Source: Endomicrobiales bacterium (lineage in GTDB: Bacteria > Elusimicrobiota > Endomicrobiia > Endomicrobiales > JALOBY01). From it: a stretch of DNA of 64,000 nucleotides. Shown piece after piece: positions 50,236 to 64,000 of this stretch. Both the position numbers and the translations under genes were made by a program. Each line of letters opens with the position of its first letter. Position 1 is the stretch's first letter. Location: contig CAWCNJ010000004.1 in NCBI GenBank assembly GCA_963796955.1, positions 64,001 to 128,000 of the forward strand. The letters are read 5' to 3'. The notes below the pieces were generated by a model. It saw only the letters and a list, made by a program, of their open reading frames with translations, searched no databases and was not told the DNA's origin.

Positions 50236-53200
50236 ACTTATTGGGCCGCAATAAACCATTTTCCATAATAGTTTCGTTAAGCGCCTTGATGGGTGTGGTG
50301 CTTTGTCTCGCTTTTGACGTTAAAACAGCTAATGCTGCGGCCACATACAACACGGAAGGCACACTTTTATACGGCGGCGGTGATGTGCGCCCTTCATATC
50401 GCAATTGGAACGGCTCTGGCTGGGACGTAGAGCAAAAAGCACCGGCTTACGCCGACAGCACTGTCAACGAAAAAGGTGTGGTGACCTTTACGGTGGTCAA
50501 GGATGCCCCTGCGTGGATGGCAAATATAGATCCGACGCGTGTCGGTGAAAAAGTGATGATCACTGAAGACTCTATGTGCCGTCTGGTTGCACAGGTCTGG
50601 GATCCAGTTGCTCTTAAGTGGGGCGACAGTAAGGTGTTGTTGGGCCAGGGAGTTACCAACCCAGGCATGGACAATACAGGCCGCAACAACCTCGCTGCCG
50701 GCCAATATAGGTTCTTCGATGTGGCATATTCATCTGGCATCGTTGTGGTGGTTGCTGCCCACCCGCAGAACACTTCAAATACCAATAATCTATTGTACTG
50801 GACCTACGATGGGAATACGTGGGACACAACTGGGACTTCTTTGGGGTCTGCGGCTTCTAATACCATCCGTTGGGTACGCATGGAGACCAACCCTCTATTC
50901 AGCAATTGTACGAACATGGCCCTGGTTACCTTGGATGCCGGAAGGAACTATACGGGTCGTGTAGGGTACGACTCCAAAGCAGATGTTTGGGCGGCTACTG
51001 ACAACTTTGGCGCTGCAGTGTGCACGAACAACTGGTCAAACTACTTCAGCGTGTATGATATCGCTTTTGATTCATCCGGCGTAATGCGCGCGTTCTTTAA
51101 CAATAATGCCACTGGAGTTGTGCAGCGCTATTGGAACCCAGTCAATCGCACGTGGAATGCCGGTACTGGCTGGGCAATAGCCAATACACCCTATTCTATC
51201 CAGGCAGTACCACAGCCCAATGGCATGAAAATGGGCATAATGGTTTGGCAAAATGCCACAAACATGTCTTATTCGATATGGAATGGCGTTTCTTATTTAA
51301 ATCCTGCTGACCCATATGATGCAACAGCAAATAACGTTTCCAACCAGGTTTGGACCAACCATGGATGTTCCGGCGACTGGACGTGTAACGCAAGTTCGTT
51401 TACCATTGCCTATCTTGGCCGCCCTGCTATTAATATGCAGCCGTTGCGTGTGGTAACATGGAACGGCGCCGGCTGGGATCCTGCTGCAGCCGGTAATCAG
51501 GTATCAACCGCAATTGACAACGACAGCACTGGATTTGATAACATAGTTGTGCGTTCGACGGATTCTGCCTGTAAGGGTTCCGCCGTGCAGATATTGCTTA
51601 CTTCGCGCGATCAGTTCCTCGGAAATGGCACGTCCAATAACCGCCGCGAAGCGCGGCTGTACAGCATGACGTATGATGCTAAAACGGCATCGTTCAGCAA
51701 CCAGCAGATACTTACGAGGGCCATAACCGCAGACAACTACCAGCCATTTACAGTTTCCCGCAGCAATGGAGCCCCTTCGATGCTGGTATATAATGAGTAT
51801 ACTTCACGCCCCAATGCGCGTAAATATAACGGTACCACCATTCTTACAGAGTCTAACCTGACCGAGCTTAACACCGGAGCTATTAAACATGTTGTAATAC
51901 GCTCTTCGCCAAAGCGCGATGAGAAAGTTGCAGCAATGATGGACATTGATGGTGTATTAACATTGCATGTATGGAATGGGAGCAGTTGGGGCAATGCGTA
52001 CAAGGTGCCATACGACTATAGCGGTGAAAACAGCAGTGACTATAATCATTTCAGGAACTTTGATGTCTCTTATGAAAGGTCAAGCGGCCGCGCTATAGTG
52101 GTATTTTCCGTTCCCGGAAGCAATAACCCGCGCTACATGATCTGGACTCCTAATGGTTCGGGCAGCGGATCGTGGAGCGATCCGACGGCTGATGTGCCGG
52201 GATCCAGCGGCGATGTGGGTTTTGGATTTGCCACGCCGGCTATCTGGGTGCGTAGTGACAGTAATCCCAATCCGAATTCTAGTGAATCAGTTTTCATTTT
52301 TGTCGATAAAAATAACGGTCCCGATCTATGGGCTGTGAACTGGAGCGGCGCTAACTTTGGCACTCCTATGAAATTGCAGACCACTATAGATCGTCTGAAT
52401 GGTACCTGGCCCAGTTGGCAGAATTTCGAGGTTAAATATGAAGCGCAATACCCATATCGTGCACTCGTCGCTTGGACGCGTAACGCCGCAAACCGCGACC
52501 AGATAAACTATGCATTATGGGAATCAACTCCGACAACGCCTATCTGGATATCGCCGAATTCTCCTACGGGCGGAACCCTGGGGCGCGATTGCGGCAGCGC
52601 CACTACCGACCGCATAGCAGGTATTCGCCTTGCCGCTGACCCCAGTTCAAACCGTATCGCCATCGGTGTCGCTGATTACACCAATCAGCGTCTCTATGTT
52701 GACTATTGGAATGGCAATACCAGCTCCTGGAACAACGCCGAAAATACAGATCTGTTCAGCTCCCTTGGCATTACGGCGTTATTGTACGATACACAGAGCA
52801 ATGCCGGTACCACTAAAACGCCATTTGATATCGCTTGGGAATCGGGCGGCAATCGTATTGTGGTATTGGCGGGTAATAGTGGTACCGGTGTTACTGTCAA
52901 TAACAACCTCATGTGGGCACATTGGGTTTCAGGTACCGGCTGGACGGTAGGCGCTCTCGCAAATTCCTGCGACCCTAAAGGCCAGGCGCACAATGTTCAC
53001 GCCTACCCGGATCCCTACTCTGATGATATTACGTGGGTCGTTGCCAACACCCGCGGCTACCTGTTGCATTATGACTGGGCTGGCACGCCTTTTGGTGGGG
53101 TAACTTTACCGGATTATTGGGCCAGCTCGATCAGTAATGCATATATGGATCCTACAGTTGCTACCCAGAATCAATTGTATAACGCTCGTTTTGAACCATT

Positions 53201-56200
53201 CAGTTTTGCGTATACACGCGACTTTCGCCCGCCTGTTTCGGCCTGTGTGCGCCCGGCTAACGGTCAGTATTACAACAATTCAAGTAATTCGCTTGCCACG
53301 ATATCCGGCACTGTTTCTGATGCCGCTGTATCTGCCTATAATACCAGCGGCATAAAAGCCGTGCAACTGCGCATTTTGCGCACTAACGATAATTATTACT
53401 GGAACGGTTCGACTTGGACGCAGACCGGCGCGCCGAATGTATGGTTCAATGCAACAACTTTTACCCAGAGCTCTTGGACATACACAGTGACTTACCCGAC
53501 GGCGACGTGGGCAGATTATAAAACGTATCAGATGAATTCCCAGGCGATGGATAAAGAATCTAACTGGGAAACGAATTATTCGACTGTTACTTTCTATTAC
53601 GACGTAATTAATCCGACCTCGACGGTATTGTCTCCGGGTAATAATTCGTATATTAATACAGCGCCGGTTATAACTGGTTCCGCTTCGGATAACTGGACGT
53701 CTCCAACAAGCATAGCCAAAGTTGAGATCGAACTTATCCAAAGCCCCTCTACTCCTTTGTACTGGAATCCGACTAAACTTGGCGGAGCAGGCTGGGACGG
53801 CGGGGTTAGCTCATTTTGGATATTGTGTTCATCAACCAATGGCGGGGTTAACCCGGACAGGGCTTGGGATACCTGGGCGTACGATACCGTAGCTGCCGGT
53901 GTTACCTGGCCCATAGCCGCTTACCAATTTGTATCCAAAGTTACCGATAAAGCGGGCAATGTTCAGGTGGTTTATTCGACGGCGAACGTTACTTATGACA
54001 CTACAAAGCCTTCTGTGGCGATAACGGCGCCGAGCCCGGCGGCCGAGACCTGGCTTACGACGCCTCCGACGATACAGGGCACGGCGACCGATAATTACAT
54101 GGTCAACGCGACGTCCGGCGTGGATATCAGCGTTATAGATATCACCGACCAATACTACCCCGTTGCTCTGACAACGGGCTCGGCGGTGGACGGTTACTAC
54201 TGGACGCAGCTGTCCGGCGGAAGCGCTTCGGTGAACTGGTCTTACGCGCTGCCGGTAAGCAGCTGGACCGCAAACCATATTTATCAGATAGTAGCGCGCA
54301 GCCGCGATGGCGCCGGCAATGTTTCAACGTCATATTCAACGGCTACGTATGTGTATGATACCTATGCCGGATTGCCGAATGAGAAGCCTGATTCTACAGT
54401 TACTTTCCCTTCAAGCGGAAGCTATATATGTAATATAACGAACATAACGGGAACAGCGGTTGATAATTCCAATGGTATTGTCCAGACGGTGAAGTATTTT
54501 ATCAAGGATATGACGTCCAATAACTGGTACAGCAACTCTTCGCATGCCTTTGATCAGAGCGCTGAGACACCCAACAGCACCGCGCTGACACCGCCGCAGG
54601 CCTACAGCGCCGGTTGGACTTCAAATTTCACCGATTCGAATATACTGCAGGCCGGTCGCACGTACCGGGTTTATGCCCGGGCTACCGACAAAGCGGGCAA
54701 TGTGGAGGTTGTTTATTCTACGAATCCCTTCGTCTGGGATAATACGCTGCCTACCTCTTCCATAAGTTCTCCAAAGAACGGCGGTGTTGTAGGCACGGGT
54801 GTTGTGGTCGCCACCGGCACGTATAGTGACACGGGTTCCGGTATCTGGGTTTCCAGCGGTGCAGTGAAAATATTCCTCTACGATAAGGGCGGGCAGCAAT
54901 GGTACTACAACGGACAATGGAGGGGTGTTGCGCCTGCAAGTTACGACGCGCTGGATAATGCCCAGATATGGCCTTCGTCGTGGACATATACTTTGCCGGT
55001 GCTTACGAACTATACTAACAACAATTATATAATCGCTTCCATCGCGGGCGACTCCGCCCTGGATCAATCGCGCCCGGGAATGCCGGGTAACTATCAAAAT
55101 GGTACTGTTGTCGGCACATCTTCTAATACTTTTACCTGCGATAATACTGCTCCATCATCTAATATAGTTGTCCCTGGTACGGCGTTCCGCGATCAGCTGA
55201 CCACCATTACCGGCACTGCGCAAGATAATCCCATTGCAGCAAATGTCGCACGGGTTGACCTGGAAATTTGCTATCCCAGCGCCGGGCCTACGCAGGTTTG
55301 GAACGGCACCGCATGGACGGCATACTCGACATCATTTAGCACGTATGTCAGCGTAGCGGGCGGCAACCCAAACTGGACATATAATGTGCCGGCAAATATT
55401 AACTGGCTGGAAGGCGTGCAGTACCGTATTCGCAGCCGCGCGTTAGACACGGTCGGCAATCAGGAAGACCCGACGCTGAATACCACGCGCAATGTAATTT
55501 ATGACGTGTCTTTCCCTTCTTCAACAATTACGCTGATAAACAATGTTTCTACTGTAACTTACTACAACTCATTAACCACGTTGAGCGGTACTGCCGTGGA
55601 TCCACTGTCACCAACCTACGGCGGAATAAATGCGATAACTCTTTCAATTAAAAAAATTGATGCGCCCTTTCAAAATTATTGCTGGGACCCGGGTCTTACG
55701 GATTGGCGCACGGGGTATACCGACTACGGCGGCAACGGCCTTGCTATCAGCGCCGACCTTACGGCCGGCGGGTTTACCTGGAACAATGTTTCTAACGTTA
55801 CCTTCGCAACCGGCGGCGGAAAGTGGTCCGGCGGTGGTATGTTCGAGATCCGTACAGAAGCGGCCGACAGCGCTTTGCCTGGCAATAACGTGCCTCCAAA
55901 CGGCAACCGCGAAAAAGCCGGCGTCTACGCTAATTTGAACACAACAACGATCATTTACGACCCGGTTAACCCTGCCTCTCAGATAACCAACGCGCCGTTA
56001 AGCGGTTTTACCAGCAGTTATGCAAGTATCATCGGAACGGCATCGGATAACCGTGTTGTTGCGGGCGTAGGTGTTAGTATTTACGATGTAACAAACCAGA
56101 ATATCTGGAAGAATGGTACAGGCTGGGTTTCTCTTTTGCCAAATGCGCCGGTGCCGGCAGGCGCGCAATACTGGCAGGATGGAGGCTTTGCTGGTTATAG

Positions 56201-59200
56201 TTCCGGCACATTCTCTTATTCCTTCGCCTGGGCTAACACAATTCAGTACCGTATAATCAGCCGGGCTTATGACAAGGCAGGCAATTATGAGGCCGCGTTT
56301 ACAACTTACACCTTTACATACCAGCAATACATTGGCTCGCCGGAGTCGCCGGATTCGCTTGTAACTTCGCCAACTCCTAACCAAAATACGAACGGAATGC
56401 TGGCTTCCATCGCGGGTACTGCTACCGCCAGCGTCCGCAACCAGTTGGCCGGGGTATCGTTGATAATTACCAAACTGCCTAACACCTCGCTTGGCGAAAA
56501 TACTACATATTACTGGGATAAGACAGCTCAAAACTGGTCAATAACCTTCCCTGCCTCAAATAACTGGACGATCGCATCGGCAAACGATGGAACCTTTAAT
56601 TCCAATAGCGAGCCATGGAACTGGACACCGCCGCAATCGGGCCTTGCGGCTACAAACTTCTGGAACAGCGGGCATACTTACCTGGTGTTCTCGCAAGCTC
56701 AGGACGCAGCGCTGAACTATGAAGTGAACTGCACCACAGTTTCGTTCGTATATGAATTAGACCTGCCAACGGCGACTATAACGAGCCCGGCAAATAACGG
56801 CTACATCACCCAAACCGGAAAGGTTTCCGGTACATGCGCGGATATGGTTCCCGGCACTGTCGCAGATGTGCAAGTACGTATCAAAAACTTTGCCGGCCAA
56901 TACTGGAATACGTCGGGCCCAGGCTGGGGCGCTTCAACATGGAATTCCGTTGTTTCAAGCGGCACTCTCTCTGCCAATGCCACCTGGTGGCAGTTCGGCG
57001 CGACACCGTGGGCTTCGGCTGATGTTTATACTATAGAGGCGCGGGCTGTTGACAAAGCCGGCAACTATCAGGTGTTGTATTCAACTATGAGCAACGTAAA
57101 AGCAGATTTTGTGCCGCCAGCCTGCGTTATCACACAGCCGACGGACGGCCAATCTTATACCGACCTGCCGGTTATTTCTGGTACTGTTTACGATGCCTTC
57201 CCCGGCCAGCCAAACCACGTATACCTTCAGTTCCGCGCCCACGATATAGGGACTAACAATGATTCAAACCAGACAATAGGCGGCGGAGGCGGTGTGCCTC
57301 TTTCTGCCACATGGGATGCAGTTTCTAATACCTGGAAACCATATACCGTCCCCGGTACGGATTATTGGATACCCGTTTCGTCTATCACCATTATGCCCGG
57401 GTTCACTGGTTTTGCGACATGGTACTTTGATAATTCCATCGCCGTAAACGGCTGTAACGCTATATGGGGCGCGGCAGGTAACCAGAAGTGGATAGATGTT
57501 GTTGCCTACGCTGATGATGCTGCGGGCAATACGCCTGCGATCCCCGGTGTGCTTACAGATGGCACCGACTTTAAATATGGCGTTCCGGCGCCAGTAACAG
57601 CTATCGTTACCCCTGGTTATAACAACCCGTACCTGGAAACTAATATAGCATATGCCTCTATCAACGGTACTAAAACGCAGTACGCTACATCGGTGCTGGT
57701 ATCTATTAAGAACGAGCACACCGGTTATTACTGGTTAGGCTCTTCCTTCTCGGCTTCAGGTGTCACTCCCTTCTGGCTCAGCGCGGTTACCCCAACCCAG
57801 ACGAGTTGGAACTACCCGATCAGCGGCGCCGCCTGGGTGGATGGTTCTTCCTACACCGTTACTTCACGCGGTGTCGGCACTGGCGGCGATGTTATAAATC
57901 CGCAATCGAATACGTTCCTGTTCGATACCACTAACCCGAACTCCGCGGTAGTGTTGCCCGCCACTAACCTGTACTACAACAGCATGACAAATATAAACGG
58001 CACGGCCGTGGACGGCAACCCCGCCTCGGGCATGAAAGGCGATATTAATACTGTTCAGGTAGCCATCCGTACTTACAACAGCCCATATTATTTCTGGAAT
58101 GTTGTACAGTCTTCCTGGCAATATAACATTAATCCTACTCCTGACCCCGTAAATTATGATACTACCACGTTCAACAGCGGTACCGGCATCTGGAGCATAA
58201 ATATATCTTCTCAAATATGGATCGACGGCAAGCGCTATCGCGTATTTGTGCAATCGCAAGACATGGCAGGCAATAACCAGACCGTCCCGGCATTCAACGA
58301 TTTCTATTTTGATGCTTCAAGCCCCGCCGCCACTATCTCAACTCTTTCAAGTAACGGCGTCTATTCTTCGCTCGCCTCTATAACAGGTACGGCAACAGAT
58401 CCCGCGGGCGTGGGCGGCAACGCTGGTATTTTAGGAACGGTTGACCTGCAAATAATCTGGAACGGTACGATCCCTCAGTATTGGAATGGTGCGACAAATT
58501 CATGGAGCGGCAGCAATACCACCTGGTCTACGGCAACTGTTTCGGTCGCTAATATCGCTTCCTCTTCATGGACATTAACTAACCTTCCTATAGCCGCGCA
58601 GTGGACCCACAACGCTACTTATACCGTAATCTCGCGCGCTAAAGACCAGTCGTTGCCTTCACCGAACGCCCAGGGTAACTTTGGCGTGCCTACATCATCT
58701 ATGAACTTTGTCTGGGACAACCTGCCGCCTGTAACGTCTATAACCAGCCCGTCGGAAGGCGCTAAACTGAACCTGCCGGGCGGCACGCTGGTAATGCAGG
58801 GGCTTGCCTCGGATACCCCGGCCGGGTTATCTATTGGCAGCATTAAGCTGCAGCTGGCGTATCTACAGGGTTCCGATACTTATTATTGGGATGGTACGTC
58901 TGCCTGGTTCAAAAATGATCCCAGTAAGGAATTCTCGCCGAGCCTGTACGGCTATCCCAACTGGCAGTACAGCATGGCCGCGGCAATCTTATCTACGGAT
59001 CACGCGTACTTTGTGCGCATACGCGCCTCTGACAACGCGGTGCCGCCTAATCCGACGGCGTATCCTTCGTCCGCGAACACGAGCTACGTTAATTTCATTT
59101 ATGATAATACTCCGCCAAGCTCTCAGGTGGGTTTCCCGGTTGACGGGAATTATTACCGCAGCGCCTCGCTCGCGTCTCTGACCGGTACCGCCAACGGCGA

Positions 59201-62200
59201 CTTGTCGGGTATATCCCAGGTCCTTGTAGAGCTGCGCCACAGCGGCTCTGTTATAAGGGCGTTCGGTCCGGCGACAAAGAGCGGCGTGAACGGTACTATA
59301 ACATGGTCAACCTCAACGGTAGGCGTGCCATGGGCAAGCGGCGACCAATATACCCTGACAAGCGAAGCTGTTGACCTTGCAGGTTCAACCCAAACGGTTC
59401 CAAACGCCGTAACCTTCACGATAGACGATCAGCCGCCTGTTGTAACGCTGGTGCAGCCTACCACCGGATATTCCTACTGGAATACATTGGCATTTATTTC
59501 AGGCACCGTAGATGACTCTATATCCGGCCAGATATCCTCGGTTACGATCTCAGTGCAAAACCTTGATACCAGTTTATACTGGGATCCCGTGGCCCGCCTC
59601 TTTAATGGCGGTTCAGCGGTATATTCCACTACTACCATATCAGGCGGCTGGTGGATCTATAATGATTGTGTCAGTAAGTTCGCCGATAATAACCGCTACC
59701 GCGCTACTATCGTTGCTTATGACGGCCCCGGTAATTCCGCAACAACAACCGCGGATTTCATTTACATTGATACAACACCGCCCGTGTCCCAACTCTCTTT
59801 CCCGGGCCCTGCGTCCGGCAATTTCTATCAGGGTGTTAACACTATAACAGGAACCGCCACCGACTTTGGCGCCAGCGCCTCGCGTGTTGATCTTGTCCGC
59901 GTGGAGATAACCGATTCTGACGGAGCGTATTGGAACCCTGACGGGAATTTCTGGGATAACTCATCAGGCGAAGTGCCGATCGATATTCCCATAAATCCGA
60001 CCGCCCTCTCGCGCCCTTTCACCTGGGATTCTTCACAGGTAAGCTGGCTGGACGGCAGCGATTATGTTGTAACCGTCAAGGCCGCCGACCGGGCCCTTAA
60101 GTCCACTAATGACTCTTACCAGCAGTTCCAGGTTATTGCTACGACCGTTGGGTTCACTATTGACACAACCTCTCCCACCGCTGTGATCTTATTGCCTGAG
60201 CTTGGCCGCGCCTACACGGTGTTAAGCTCTCTATCCGGTACGGCAAACGATGATACCGGCGGCGTGAAAACAGTTCATGTTATATTGAAAAACGTTACGC
60301 TGGGCCAATATTGGAAGGGGGGCTCAACCTGGGTAACCGATGTTAATGACCCGGGCATTCGGGTCGCGGCTGGCGGCACCACTTCATGGTCCATCGCCCC
60401 GCCTACGCTTACCAACAGGCATAGTTACATGGTCTGGGTAGAGGCTGATGATCACGCGGGCAACGAACTTCAGGTCTCTAACACGGACATTGGCGCCAAT
60501 GCCGGAGGCTCAGGTTTTACGTATGATAACCAGGCGCCGGACTCGGTAGTGAATGCGCCCGTTAGCGGCGCGAACCTTAACGCCCCAATTTCAGCGATCG
60601 CTGGAACGGTGATCGACTATACGAACGGCTCGGGTGTTTATGAAACACGCCTGAATATCCGCCGCACCAGCAATAACGGCGTTACCTGGCAGTATTGGAA
60701 CGGCGCCGACTGGCAGGGCGGCGATCCCAATTACCCTATGAGCATTGTGCCAACGGTCAATGACGGGGCTAACCAGCTTTACGACTGGACAAAAGCTTTT
60801 GGCGCCTGGAACGATAATTACCTTACCAGTTCTATGTGAAGTCTCGTGACGCGGCTTATAGCGACCATGCTCGCAACTCCGAACTGGGGCGCGCCAATAA
60901 TGTCGTCTGCAACCTATGATACAACGCGCCCGACATCCTTGGTTACCTTCCCGCCGCTGGCCGGTTCCACGTATGCCGGCGCTATTACAACTATTTCGGG
61001 TACCGCCAATGACGCTAACGCTATGGCCAGCAAACTTAACAAAGTTGATGTGGCCATAATGCGGGTAAGCGACGGGCAGTGGTGGGGCGGCTGGTCAAAT
61101 ATGAACTGGACCGTTTCCGCGGCTCCCGTGTTCTCTACAGCTACGATCTATGCTTCATACGTCTCATCGGCACAATGGAGTTACAGTACCAATCCTTCCA
61201 TGTGGAACGATACTACCAGCTACTGGATAATATCGCGCGCCAAAGATAACGCCGCTAATTTTGAGACAGGCTGGAGCACGGCTGTATTTACCTGCGACAC
61301 AACGCCGCCAACTTCTGTCGTTGTTAACCCGCTTAACGACCCTTCCGGCCTTGCCCCGGTTGACACTCTTGCCCAGCTGTCCGGCACCGCGGCTGATGCT
61401 ACGCCCGGCAGCATTAAACGCGTCCGCATAATGGTTTTCTGTCCCGACCAGAACCCGGTGCCGGCAAATGCCAATAACAGGTATTGGACGCTTGCTTCCG
61501 GTGTGGTCGGCAACTCCACAAATTGGTCTACCACCCCTACGTGGCTGGATGTTTCTTATGCGGCCGGTAACTGGACTTTTGATTCAACCGGCATAGCCTG
61601 GGACGCCAAAGAAACGCCTGGTTACAAATACCAGGTATGGTCGTTGGCGGAAGATATGGCCGGCAACACGCAGGTTCTGGCCTCCACCCACACCTATTGG
61701 TACGCGGCCCCGCTGCCCCAGACAACGGTTACCAACCCGGCAAATAACGGCTATTACCGCATGGACGCGACAAACAATTTTTACGGAACCTCTAACCAAT
61801 ATACAAAGATCGCTCAGGGCGGCGTAAAGATACTTATCAGCTCTGCTCCCGGTTATTCAACCTCGTGGGATGAAGCCAGCAAGCAGTGGGTAGCAGGCGC
61901 GAACTGGATGAACACAGGCTTTAGCGAAGGCAACCCGGGTTCGTGGTCTTTGAACATTTCTTCCACCGCCTGGGTGGACGGCGGCCTTTACCGCGTGAAC
62001 TCAAAGGGATATGGTCCGGCCGGTGTTGAGGTCTCGCCAAAAGATGTGAACTTCACCATTGACCGCACCAATCCCTCTGCCGCGATAGTTCTCCCGGCCA
62101 ACAACGGCCATTTCCAGACGCTGGCTACCATCAGCGGAACATCAGCCGATACGGTGCCGGGCCTTATCTATAATGTGTTGATCCAAATCAAAAAAACTGT

Positions 62201-64000
62201 AAATTTTACTGATGATTATTACTTTAACGGCTCCAGCTGGCAGTTGGGTGTTTCTACATGGGTAGTTGCAACGCCTACAGACGGCCAGTTCAATTCCGCG
62301 GCCGAGAACTGGAAGTATGATATCGCCTACCCTACCGCCTGCTGGAAAGACGAACAGGCGTATGTTATTAAAGTGCAGGCATATGACAAATCTTATCCTG
62401 CCAACGTTTTTGCAACACCGGACACCAACATTGTTATAGACCGTACGCCGCCCGTCAGCGGGCTGACCTACCCCAATGCGCTGATCCATAATTCCATACC
62501 GACCATTTCCGGTACAGCTTCTGATACCGCGCCGGGCCAGGTATACAGTATCGGTATGAAGATAACCAACACCGACCTTACCAGATACTGGAGCGGCAGT
62601 TCCTGGGGTATTTCCAACAGCTTCAAGTCCTCTTCCCTGGACGGCAACTTTACCACGTATTTTGTTGTGAACCCCGGCACCTGGACCTATACGAACGTTA
62701 CCTGGGAATCGGGTTACCAATACAACATTCAAACGAGCGCGTTGGACCGGGCCGGCAACGGCGAAACGGCAGGCGCCGGCTGGACGTTCATATATGATAA
62801 CGAGCCTCCTGTTTCACGCGTGGTATTGCCAACGGAAGGTTCCAAGGCCCACTCTATCGCGGTCATCCAGGGTACTGCCGACGATCTGACCGTTAACACG
62901 CATGTTACCGGTGTTTCTACGACAACAGCCGTGGGAGACGGCGTTAACATCGGCTTACGTTCCGTATCCACCGGGAAATATTACTCCGGCGGTGGGGTAT
63001 GGAATGATACCAGTTTCAAGCCGTTCATCACCTATTATTCCTCAACCACCAAGATCTGGCAGGCGGACCCCGCTGAACTGCAAACATTCACCGCCGACAA
63101 TAACCCCGCGGACGGCGATTATCAAATAATCTCCCGGGCCCGCGATAATGCCGGGAACCTTGAAGTGGTCTACTCGACCCGTACCTTCACCTGGGACCGC
63201 ACCAAACCTGTGTCGTTCGTAACCTCGCCGGCATCGGGCACGTTCGTTAACACCATTACGCAGATAACGGGTACCGCCCAGGATGTTACCTCGGGCCTCA
63301 GCCGCGTCGCCCTTGAATTTACCTTTAATAACGGTGGCCTGGATTATTACTGGACGGGTTCCAGCTGGACACTGGATATAACAGACCTGATAGCGCCGAT
63401 GGCCGGTGAAGTAAGTGTCAGCACCTGGACGATCGCCATAACGACCGGCCTTGCCCACGGCGTCACTTATTCCGCGCATTCGGCGGCGGTTGACGCAGCA
63501 GGCAACGTTGAGTCGGCGGTGCGCACGATCAATTTCATCTGCGACCGCGTCGGGCCTACCCTTGCTATTTCATCTCCTTCGGCGAACGGCTATTACAGCC
63601 CAGCCAATCCTCTTACGTTCATTAAAGGCACGGCAGCCGACACGCCGGCGGGTCTGTTACGGACCGATATCAAACTGATAGATGTTACCGACAATCAGGT
63701 TTGGGACGGGGCGGGCTGGCAGGTTTATTACGATACCTGGATGCCGACGTCGGGCACCGGCTCGTGGCAGTTTGTGACGCCGGCCCTGGTGCCTAACCGC
63801 AACTATTCTGTGCAGGCGCGTTCATTTGATACCGCCGGAAACCAGACCCTTGGCTCTATCGTTTCATTTATGTATGATTCTACGGCGCCGGTTGCCGCGA
63901 TAACGCTGCCGAACATGCCGTTCATGAAGTCCCTTGCGACGATCTCCGGCACGGCCGCGGACATCGACCCTGTTGCCCCGGGTGTTAAATCGGGTCTTGC
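50232..64000 (+). CDS. Giant secreted adhesin-like protein (>4,580 aa, runs off the window): two propeller-like domains + at least 29 Trp-rich Ig-like repeats; local disruption at ~60821-60914
   Basis: Signal peptide; 3535-aa ORF; the same frame resumes after TGA 60837 (YDTTRPTSLVTFP...) and appears open to 64000. Repeat consensus D..pP.s.i..P...i.GTa.D...v.v.i...yW.g..W...W.y...w....Y.v.srA.D.AGN. Confidence 0.85.

Noticed and set aside
60837..60839. In-frame TGA as selenocysteine, readthrough or alternative genetic code
   Set aside because: TGA is a normal stop in many genes here, and the -1 frame, not the readthrough frame, matches the repeat consensus across this site.

Overview
A 64 kb bacterial chromosomal window. 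The gene content (PorV-like barrel, a protein with a T9SS-type C-terminal domain, a giant Trp-rich Ig-repeat protein) suggests Elusimicrobiota or a relative; this is an inference. A housekeeping backbone (manC/manB-like, hisS, thrC, cinA, ruvX, thpR, mltG, iscS, mnmA, eno, ftsB, mltD-like, ptsI-like) is interrupted by accessory blocks: (i) a 7-gene minus-strand phosphorelay operon ending in an orphan PilB/GspE ATPase; (ii) a TolC-ACP-acyl-AMP ligase-GNAT cassette; (iii) an MNT-HEPN toxin-antitoxin pair plus an AT-rich SF1 helicase-nuclease between iscS and mnmA; (iv) a large secreted CTD protein paired with a PorV-like gene; (v) HipBA, an AAA/DUF4143 ATPase and a PorV remnant. The most striking locus is at the 3' end. 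A c-di-GMP-I riboswitch with two extra hairpins inserted in P3 and a 7-mer repeat loop overlaps the RBS of an operon encoding a membrane protein ending in LRC, a HEAT-repeat protein and a giant (>4,580 aa, truncated by the window) secreted protein with two propeller-like domains and at least 29 Ig-like repeats. Four genes are broken by small indels that look like assembly errors. No rRNA, tRNA, CRISPR array or transposase was recognised.
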